DNA of 64,000 nucleotides, taken from contig JAGTQB010000005.1 in NCBI GenBank assembly GCA_018396995.1, positions 15,198 through 79,197 on the forward strand, written 5' to 3'. How positions within the stretch are numbered: the stretch's first letter is position 1; each line of letters opens with the position of its first letter. Shown one piece after another: positions 17,303 to 23,927 of this stretch. Below the pieces are notes generated by a model, which did no database searches, was not told where the DNA came from, and worked only from the letters and a program-made list of their open reading frames with translations. A program made the translations under genes and the position numbers. The stretch comes from Candidatus Bathyarchaeota archaeon (lineage in GTDB: Archaea; Thermoproteota; Bathyarchaeia; Bathyarchaeales; DTEX01).

Positions 17303-19072
17303 TCAGCGCTGCATACGTGAGCCAGCACCCTCATACCACGCTCTCCTTATAGTCTTGGGTCTCAGATCCGTTATGTCGGCCAGAGCTTCTAAGAGTATCT
17401 CGGTTTTAGCAAGCTTTGGTTCAGGAAGCCTGTTCCCATAATTATCGTAGCCTACATAGACCACGCATGGCTTTATCTCATATAGCCAGTCTATGAGCTC
17501 CATATCAAAGTCCAATATGGGCTCTATTACAACCACCTTCCACCTCCAATTAAGCCTGCGCATAGCCTCATAGCGCTCCCTTGGCGGCGGAGCCCTGCTT
17601 AACCCATAATCTCTGTTGGTCTCAATGGTCGCTCCCAGGACAACATTGCCGCTGAACTCATCTATAAATTCAAGGTATCTAGCAGGGTTCTTCGTTAAGA
17701 ATAGGAAGCGGGCTCTTGGCTTAGAGCGGACAACCCTCAATACGCCCTCAATCCAATCCCTCGGAACCCAAGAATTACCGCACCAAACCGGCTTACCATT
17801 TCTTCTAACATAAATTATGTGAGTGGGCACCTCGAGGCAATAGACATAACCTCTATAATCTTCATAGCCGACATAGCATCTAGTTTTAATGCCCAGCTTA
17901 TTAGTAGCCCCTATATTGCGGGCTTGGCCGACTTCAGGCATCTTATTTCTCCTACTAATTGTGACCTCATAGTGGTCGCGCCCTCTTGCCACAATCTCTC
18001 CGCCAATATTTTTATCCCGTTTTCTACCTCTCTTTCTCACTATAGATGCATATCCGCATTTCAACGCCACTTCCTGAATATCGTCGGCGAGCCTCTTGCT
18101 GGTCGTATAGGCTCTTTTACAGTTTCCTGATGACCTATTACCGTCGCCATTAATATAGGCTTCAAGCATTATATTTAGTAATCTTTTCGACAGGTTTTTC
18201 AATTCAGGGGGAATATGCTTTTCGTCTCCATGACCCAGCTTTTGAAGATATTCTATGAGCTCCCGATCTCCATAAATTGTGATCCCATCTCCGTAAGCAC
18301 AAAAGTTTTTTCCTCTACTTTCAGCGACCGCTTTTATTGTCTCAAGGGCATCTTTATATTGGGGGCTTGTGTTCTTTTTGGCAACCTTTATTCGCATCTC
18401 ATTATTTATTATCAAGACTTCATCCTCGGCTAGATAATACCCGAGGAATTTCATAAAAATGTCTACTGGTACACCCGCAATCTCATCTACCTCATAACCC
18501 TCCCAGTTTGGAAAGTCACTTCGAAACTTTATTCTCTTCCCAAGGCAGCTCTCAGCTCTGACTAAACTAAAGTCTCCAAAATTTACACCCCGCCCCCCAC
18601 GCGATGTGGTTCTCACCGCAACATAGAGGTTGTGGTCTGGAGTAACTAATAAATCTACAAAATTCGACTTTACTCTAACCATCTTTCCCTCATACCAGTA
18701 TTTTACGATTCTTGTGGGCTTACAGTAAATAACTCTATTATTGTTTGGGTCTAAGCAAGCTACCAGGTCATCATAAGTGACTTCATTAAATTTCTTCCAT
18801 CCATTATAAGTCAATACTTCAGTCTCCTCATCATAACAACCCCACATATCACCCATATCCGAGACAAATATAAACCCTTTATCCGGGAGCCTTTGCCTAA
18901 GCCTCTCAGCCACAAATGTTGGGTTAAAGCCATGCGACCTATAGGGTTCAATGCCTCTCGAGGCTAATCTAGCAGCATATTTTCTAGACCAACAGTAGAC
19001 GCAGTTATGTAGGCAGCCAACTATTGGGTTCCACGAGTAAGTTATCTCTCCAGGCGGGCCCTCATGAACCAA
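17303..19072 (-). CDS. Gp37/Gp68-family (DUF5131, COG4422) radical-SAM-like protein, intein-containing precursor
   Basis: The N-extein has WNPIVGCLHNCVYCW (CX3CX2C) and ...FVSDMGDMWG. The C-extein resumes SWVPRDWIEGVL...FLFLTKNP. The joined exteins total 234 aa, a length I recall as normal for this family. Confidence 0.85.
   Translation of the reverse strand: MVHEGPPGEITYSWNPIVGCLHNCVYCWSRKYAARLASRGIEPYRSHGFNPTFVAERLRQRLPDKGFIFVSDMGDMWGCYDEETEVLTYNGWKKFNEVTYDDLVACLDPNNNRVIYCKPTRIVKYWYEGKMVRVKSNFVDLLVTPDHNLYVAVRTTSRGGRGVNFGDFSLVRAESCLGKRIKFRSDFPNWEGYEVDEIAGVPVDIFMKFLGYYLAEDEVLIINNEMRIKVAKKNTSPQYKDALETIKAVAESRGKNFCAYGDGITIYGDRELIEYLQKLGHGDEKHIPPELKNLSKRLLNIMLEAYINGDGNRSSGNCKRAYTTSKRLADDIQEVALKCGYASIVRKRGRKRDKNIGGEIVARGRDHYEVTISRRNKMPEVGQARNIGATNKLGIKTRCYVGYEDYRGYVYCLEVPTHIIYVRRNGKPVWCGNSWVPRDWIEGVLRVVRSKPRARFLFLTKNPARYLEFIDEFSGNVVLGATIETNRDYGLSRAPPPRERYEAMRRLNWRWKVVVIEPILDFDMELIDWLYEIKPCVVYVGYDNYGNRLPEPKLAKTEILLEALADITDLRPKTIRRAWYEGAGSRMQR
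17774..18838 (-). mobile_element. Intein (355 aa) with a LAGLIDADG homing-endonuclease domain
   Basis: Block A is CYDEETEVLT (Cys1 codon at 18838-18836) and block B is LLVTPDHNLYV. The LAGLIDADG motifs are FLGYYLAEDE and LEAYINGDGN. The C-terminal end is PVWCGN followed by the +1 Ser (codon at 17773-17771). Confidence 0.85.
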
Positions 19073-19154
19073 TTTTTCAGAAGCACCTATTTCTCATTAA
19101 AGCAACTAAAAATTTAATATTCTCTATGGAATATAATTGTACTGATTTTCCTTT

Positions 19155-19218
19155 GGCGATGAGGTTGCCTCCTCTCAACTGACGTGTTTTGAATGAGGAG
19201 CTCACGCAGCGCTGAGCC
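19155..19218 (+). ncRNA. Box C/D sRNA candidate (variant AUGAGGN boxes)
   Basis: GGCG-AUGAGGU(C)-13 nt-CUGA(D')-10 nt-AUGAGGA(C')-12 nt-CUGA(D)-GCC. The spacing is canonical, and the boxes differ from RUGAUGA at one position. Confidence 0.5.
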
Positions 19219-19241
19219 GTAAGCAATGTGAAGGAGGTTTT

Positions 19242-19314
19242 GGCTCATCGGGTTCGTGGGTTCCTCATCCCTTTCTGGTGGTCAGCGCCGGGAGTAAATA
19301 TTCCCTTCATCGCC
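19242..19314 (-). ncRNA. Possible box C/D sRNA, convergent with the 19155 sRNA
   Basis: Minus strand: GGCG-AUGAAGG-18 nt-CUGA-13 nt-AUGAGGA-13 nt-AUGA-GCC. It shares the GGCGAUGA 5' end and the AUGAGGA C' box with its neighbours, but box D is non-canonical and the first spacer is long. Confidence 0.3.
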
Positions 19315-19355
19315 TAAGAAAATTATTCACAAAACTATTGATAAATGTTAGTCTC

Positions 19356-19429
19356 ATAGACACCTTACTTCAGAAAAAGGAATTCTCATCATCACATCAG
19401 AGTCGCTCCATTTCATCACGCCAGTCTAT
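19356..19429 (-). ncRNA. Box C/D sRNA (canonical)
   Basis: Minus strand: AUAGAC-UGGC-GUGAUGA(C)-AAUGGAGCGACU(12)-CUGA(D')-UGUG-AUGAUGA(C')-GAAUUCCUUUUU(12)-CUGA(D)-AGUAAGGU-GUCUAU. All four boxes are canonical, both spacers are 12 nt, and there is a 6-bp outer stem. Confidence 0.75.
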
Positions 19430-19584
19430 TTTATGTTAAACCATGCTTATAAATTCTTGCCTGGGGTCCCAGTTTATAGTCGGGTTCTCCAACTAGGGTC
19501 AAAGAATAAATTTTTGAATGGAGAGATCTAACTAATGCTGAAGAAACGGTAGTCTCATATAAGACCATACGCTAATTTTATTAT

Positions 19585-19655
19585 GGTGGCGGGCGATGTG
19601 GAAGTGGTCCTCCACCGAGCTCATGAGGACTATCTAATCAACTGAGCCCGCCACC
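19585..19655 (+). ncRNA. Box C/D sRNA candidate with a 10-bp GC-rich terminal helix
   Basis: GGUGGCGGGC-G-AUGUGGA(C)-AGUGGUCCUCCA(12)-CCGA(D')-GCUC-AUGAGGA(C')-CUAUCUAAUCAA(12)-CUGA(D)-GCCCGCCACC. Both spacers are exactly 12 nt. The C and D' boxes are degenerate. Confidence 0.55.
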
Positions 19656-19723
19656 AAGTCTTCTAAAATTTTTATGTGAGCTTTTTATCTAGTATCCGCT
19701 TATAGTATGTTAGGTGACGGGTT

Positions 19724-20617
19724 TTGAGTGGTGTTCGCTTCGGTATAAATCCGACGCCGCACCCATGGCCTGACGTTAAAAGGTTTGCTGAGTGGTGTGT
19801 GAGGGTTGAGGATTTAGGTTATGACGGTATCTTCCTCCCAGACCACTATGACCTTCCAGCACCATCCTTCCCATCAAACGAGCTCCTGGATGCTTGGACG
19901 ACACTATCATACATCTCTGCAAAAACGAGCTCCGTTAGGGTTGGGTGCATGGTGAGCCCGATACCCAGATGGATTCCAAGCCAGCTGGCAAAGATTATAG
20001 CCACAGTGGACTTTCTCTCAGAGGGTAGGGTTATAGCTGGCTTCGGAGTAGGCTTCTATCCACCAGAATTCATTAATTATTCGCCAACAGCCTCCTTTGA
20101 CGATGACCGCACCAGAATCGAGAAGTTTGAGGAGGGAATACAGGTAATCCTCAAGCTATGGACTGAGGATAATGTGAACTTTAATGGAAAATATTATAGG
20201 CTGAGTAACGCCACCCTACTGCCGAAGCCGAAGCAGAAGCCTCACCCACCAATGTGGTCTGGCGGGATGGGACCGCGGTCCCTGAAGATTACGGCAAAAT
20301 ACTTTGATGGGTGGATAGCTCATAGAGCTCCTTCACCGCATAGAGTGGTGTCCCTTGAAGATTATGAGAGCCGCGTAAAGATGGTTCGGGACCTCTTGAG
20401 GGGGTATGGTAGAGACCCAACAAAGTTTACCTTCGTCTTCCTCCTCATGATTGGGTTGGATTTGAAGGATTTAGGGGAGAGCGTCAAGTTTATTGAGGAT
20501 CACGCGAGGGCTGGTTGCCAATACTTTATTGTTGAGTTCACGCCGCCCCCGCCGCCACAAAAATATATGGAGCTGAGCGAGAGGTTCGCGAGAGAAGTTA
20601 TTCCAAGCTTCACATAA
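19724..20617 (+). CDS. Luciferase-like (LLM class) flavin/F420-dependent oxidoreductase
   Basis: FGINPTP...LGYDGIFLPDHY, GRVIAGFGVG and KPHPPMWSGG match the LLM family pattern. It is a paralog of 60564-61430. Confidence 0.8.
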   Translation: MSGVRFGINPTPHPWPDVKRFAEWCVRVEDLGYDGIFLPDHYDLPAPSFPSNELLDAWTTLSYISAKTSSVRVGCMVSPIPRWIPSQLAKIIATVDFLSEGRVIAGFGVGFYPPEFINYSPTASFDDDRTRIEKFEEGIQVILKLWTEDNVNFNGKYYRLSNATLLPKPKQKPHPPMWSGGMGPRSLKITAKYFDGWIAHRAPSPHRVVSLEDYESRVKMVRDLLRGYGRDPTKFTFVFLLMIGLDLKDLGESVKFIEDHARAGCQYFIVEFTPPPPPQKYMELSERFAREVIPSFT

Positions 20618-20725
20618 CCCACTGAAAATGCGGCAAAATGTTTGGGGAACGAATGGATAGAACAAATAAAAAATAAAACATTTAATATTGTTACGCTCCA
20701 TACTTAATAATATAAATTTATTGTC

Positions 20726-21337
20726 GTGGGGTCTTTCGTCTTGTCTTTCCTCAAGAAGCTGGCCGAAAAGGTTACGCCTCCAAAAGTCGTCTTAAAATTG
20801 AATCTCAGTGAGAATGTCGTCTTTCTTGGCGATTATCTCAAGGGGGAACTACTTTTATCCTCGGATGAAGAATTTGACGCCGACGAGATTAGATGCGAGA
20901 TCCTTTGTGTTGAGTCAGCTAGGGTTCAGAAGCGCTTCTATGATCCGGCATTGAAGAGGGAAGTTGTTAGGGAGGTTTGGGAGTCAGCTACTTTATATTC
21001 GGCAAAGCCATGTCTCACCGGACCCATGCATATATCAAAGGGTTTCACAGCGAGCTTCCCATTCAGCATCCAAATCCCAATAACGATGAAGCCCACTTCA
21101 AAGGGGATAGATAGAAGGGTAACATGGACTATTAAGGGAGTCGTAGCAGTTGAGGGTAGGCCGGACGCGACCAGCCAAACAATTGAGTTTCATGTTGCCC
21201 AGCCGGCTGCGCCCCCAATTGTTAAGGAGAAGGAGGTTATCCGCGAGGTAGTGATGGTTCCATGTAAATATTGTGGAACACTCTTCCCGCAGACCGAGAC
21301 GGTTTGCCCCCACTGTGGTGCAAGGAGGACTATATAA
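20726..21337 (+). CDS. Spo0M/arrestin-like beta-sandwich protein with a C-terminal zinc ribbon
   Basis: The N-terminus SFLKKLAEKV..PKVVLKLNLSENVVFLGDYLKGELLLSS...DADEIRCEILCVE resembles, from memory, the opening of the SpoOM family (PF07070, arrestin-like). The C-terminus is CKYCG-x12-CPHCG. Confidence 0.6.
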   Translation: MGSFVLSFLKKLAEKVTPPKVVLKLNLSENVVFLGDYLKGELLLSSDEEFDADEIRCEILCVESARVQKRFYDPALKREVVREVWESATLYSAKPCLTGPMHISKGFTASFPFSIQIPITMKPTSKGIDRRVTWTIKGVVAVEGRPDATSQTIEFHVAQPAAPPIVKEKEVIREVVMVPCKYCGTLFPQTETVCPHCGARRTI

Positions 21338-21398
21338 ACACTGCCCACGTAGCCCTGCTATCAACTTTAGTGCAGCCGCATTTATCTCCCAGAGATTA

Positions 21399-22427
21399 TT
21401 AGGCTAGTCTCTCCCCACAATTTTGACAGAACTTTGCCCCTGGCTGAACCTCGCTCCCACATTTAGGGCACTTAATTAAGGATTGTAGTGGGGAGCCGCA
21501 ATTTATACAGAATTTTGCTCCAGGTGGATTAGTTGTTCCACACTTCGGACATTGTATACCCGCTGCCTGTAGGGGCGCTCCACAGTTCTGGCAGAACCTT
21601 GCTGTTGACGGGTTCTGGAAACCGCACTTCGGACACAATGTCAATTGTTGTGGTTGGGCCGCCGGCTGTTGGAACAGCGGTGGGATCACAGCTATGCCAG
21701 CTCCAACGGCAGCTCCTGGGCTCTTTGATAAGCTCTCAGCAGCTCTCTGAACAGTCTGCATCCTCAGAACTTCACTTGCTGAGACCCCTGTTCTCAAGAA
21801 GAATATTCTATCCCTCCATTCCGGGGTTGTATCAATACCCTCAAACTTCACGTCGATTAGCTCAAGCCCTATCCTCCTAAAAGCATCGTAGAGGGCATTC
21901 TTAACTAGGAAGCTGGTTTCATCAAGCTTTCCATAAACCTCGATTAATGAGTATTGGCTTAAGGTGTCAATTAACCTCTCATTAAAATATCCCCTAAGGA
22001 ACTCTTGGAGGCTTCCTGTTGTATACGCGCCCTGGCCGCCTACAACCTCGTTCACGAAGAGGTTTGGTTCCTCAATCCTAAACCAAAAGCTCCCATAAAA
22101 TTTTAGTGGGGCAAGCTCTTTAGTTTGGCCTTGGGAGCCAAACTTCCCCTGAAACTGCTTTAATGAAACAAATATTACTGTGGCCCTGAATGGAGCTTTA
22201 TCGTAGCCCGCTATGGCCGAGAGCACCTTTGTTAATAAGGGCAGGTTTGCTGTTGTTAGTACGTGTCTTCCAGCCCTAAAAACATCGTAGGCTTTTCCAT
22301 CCCTAAAGAAGACGGCCGCCTCATACTCGTGGACAACAAGAACATCTCCCCAGGCGATGTCTTCCCTCGGATACCTCCAAACTATATCCTCCTCCCTTGC
22401 ACCAACCCACTCAATAACCTTTGGCAT
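21399..22427 (-). CDS. SPFH-like protein of the YdjI/COG4260 type with three tandem C-terminal zinc ribbons
   Basis: The N-terminal ~250 aa (VIEWVG...IVWRYP...VLVVHEYEAAVFFRDGK...) fit the family annotated as virion core protein-like / stomatin-prohibitin with a Zn ribbon. A Q/P linker is followed by three copies of CPKCG-x10-12-FCxNCG. Confidence 0.7.
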   Translation of the reverse strand: MPKVIEWVGAREEDIVWRYPREDIAWGDVLVVHEYEAAVFFRDGKAYDVFRAGRHVLTTANLPLLTKVLSAIAGYDKAPFRATVIFVSLKQFQGKFGSQGQTKELAPLKFYGSFWFRIEEPNLFVNEVVGGQGAYTTGSLQEFLRGYFNERLIDTLSQYSLIEVYGKLDETSFLVKNALYDAFRRIGLELIDVKFEGIDTTPEWRDRIFFLRTGVSASEVLRMQTVQRAAESLSKSPGAAVGAGIAVIPPLFQQPAAQPQQLTLCPKCGFQNPSTARFCQNCGAPLQAAGIQCPKCGTTNPPGAKFCINCGSPLQSLIKCPKCGSEVQPGAKFCQNCGERLA

Positions 22428-22454
22428 CCCACATCACCTCAAAATAAACTTGCT

Positions 22455-22973
22455 TTAACCCGTCAGCCCCCTAAATATCTCCACCCTTTTATCTATCAAA
22501 TTATCTATCTCCTCTATCCTTGACAACAAGTTATCCATACACCTCCTCCACTCATCCCCGCCTGGCGCAGCCTTAACAAATTCTTCTGCACTAGCTTTTA
22601 GAGAATCCGCTCTCTCTATGAGACTTAGGTCGAGCTGGAGGGCTGCTTCAAGCTTGTCCTCCTTAACCTTGATTGCATCAAACATGCCGGCGTAGCCAGC
22701 TACAGCCCTATCTATTCGCTGTATTATCCTATCTAGACGAGACATTAAGCTATCGAGCATCCACATGTCTTCACTTGAAATCCTTTGGAGTGGGACTGGG
22801 CTCGCAAACCTTTTTCTCAGCAAATCTTTAGCAGCCTTAAGCCTGTTGACGACATCCATTCTAACTAGCCTATCGCTCTCTCTACGCAGTTCCTTCTCTT
22901 TATATCCCCGATATCCTGGAATGTAGCCAACTATCCTCTCCAGCAAGCTCCTCTCCTCATGAATCCTCTCCAT
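22455..22973 (-). CDS. All-helical (coiled-coil-like) 172-aa protein, function unknown
   Basis: The start is placed at ATG 22973 (MERIHEERSLLERIV...), preceded by GGAGAGGG. It has no TM segment and is rich in charged residues with heptad-like spacing. It overlaps the upstream 4-TM gene by 17 nt. Confidence 0.5.
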   Translation of the reverse strand: MERIHEERSLLERIVGYIPGYRGYKEKELRRESDRLVRMDVVNRLKAAKDLLRKRFASPVPLQRISSEDMWMLDSLMSRLDRIIQRIDRAVAGYAGMFDAIKVKEDKLEAALQLDLSLIERADSLKASAEEFVKAAPGGDEWRRCMDNLLSRIEEIDNLIDKRVEIFRGLTG

Positions 22974-23325
22974 CCCTCTCCTCCCCACTCCTCCAATATG
23001 CGAGTAAACCAGAGACTGCAAGAATAATAAGCAATAAACCAATTAACACTATTACATTCATGAGTTTATAGAGGGCGAAGGATAGACCGCTAATCAACAT
23101 TATTAGTCCCCAGCTCATGTAGTATAAATAGTCTTTCCGCGCCCGTAAAGCATAGGCAACAGTATAAGCTCCAAGGGGGATAATGATCCATGCAACTAAG
23201 TTTAGTAGGTTAAATGCGAGGAAGCCTCCACCATAAACTATTGCCGCCAAGCCAAGGGATATTGCAAAAACTATAAATGCGCCTACACCGTAATCCAATT
23301 CCCTGTATTTTACAAGTCTTCCCAT
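22957..23325 (-). CDS. Small membrane protein (about 4 TM)
   Basis: 122 aa with four hydrophobic stretches and an acidic tail, SGEERDGEDS. It is co-oriented and overlapping with the helical-protein gene. Confidence 0.5.
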   Translation of the reverse strand: MGRLVKYRELDYGVGAFIVFAISLGLAAIVYGGGFLAFNLLNLVAWIIIPLGAYTVAYALRARKDYLYYMSWGLIMLISGLSFALYKLMNVIVLIGLLLIILAVSGLLAYWRSGEERDGEDS

Positions 23326-23443
23326 TAAGCTGCCTTCAATAATTTGGCCTCACTAATATTTACACCTCTCTAAATATAAATCTTTTTTAAGGTTGAAGCC
23401 CTTGGATAAATCTTTAAGATGCTGGGGTGAAGGCGGAAACACC

Positions 23444-23776
23444 TTAAGCTTGCACTTTACTAATCTCTTTCTCCTCAGTAACCAGCTTAGCCCTCCATAT
23501 CTCTATGCCATAATAAGATATTTTAGAGGCTATGTAGCCGAGTAGAAACAGGAGTACTATTGGAATTATATAGGAGAGGAATTTTGAGAGGGTTATCCCA
23601 AACGCGTCGACAAGCTCCTCGCCGATAAGTGGCTGGGGCAGGGGTATTAAATTGACGTATTCTTTCAGTCTCTCTACATCAGTTAATATCAAATACCCTA
23701 GGAAATACGTGAATGCTAGGAGGGCTATGCCGAAGAGGAACACAACTATACCTGTTACCCGCCCAGCTCCCTGCAT
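23444..23776 (-). CDS. Small membrane protein (about 2 TM)
   Basis: 110 aa with two long hydrophobic segments, on the same strand as the cluster. Confidence 0.4.
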   Translation of the reverse strand: MQGAGRVTGIVVFLFGIALLAFTYFLGYLILTDVERLKEYVNLIPLPQPLIGEELVDAFGITLSKFLSYIIPIVLLFLLGYIASKISYYGIEIWRAKLVTEEKEISKVQA

Positions 23777-23927
23777 AATGACACCTAAAAGAATCTTGGG
23801 TTTAGAGCATTTAAGTCTTATTAGTCTCCTGCCAGGCTGTCGAAAAATTCGACTTTCTCTCGCAGTGCCCTATAACAATCAATAAATCGACAAACATGCC
23901 CTAAATTATGGAAGTCCATTGAGGTTT

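Noticed and set aside
19155-19314. A single long hairpin or MITE formed by the inverted repeat GGCGATGAGG ... CTTCATCGCC.
   Set aside because: Only the 10 terminal nt are complementary, and the interior does not pair. The interior is better explained as two convergent C/D-type units. The hairpin reading is retained as an alternative in the finding.
19500-19560. UUUUUGAAUGGAGAGAUCUAACUAAUGCUGAAG, which resembles a C'-guide-D unit of the neighbouring sRNAs.
   Set aside because: The box would be AUGGAGA, with two mismatches in the core GA. There is no partner C/D' pair and no terminal stem.
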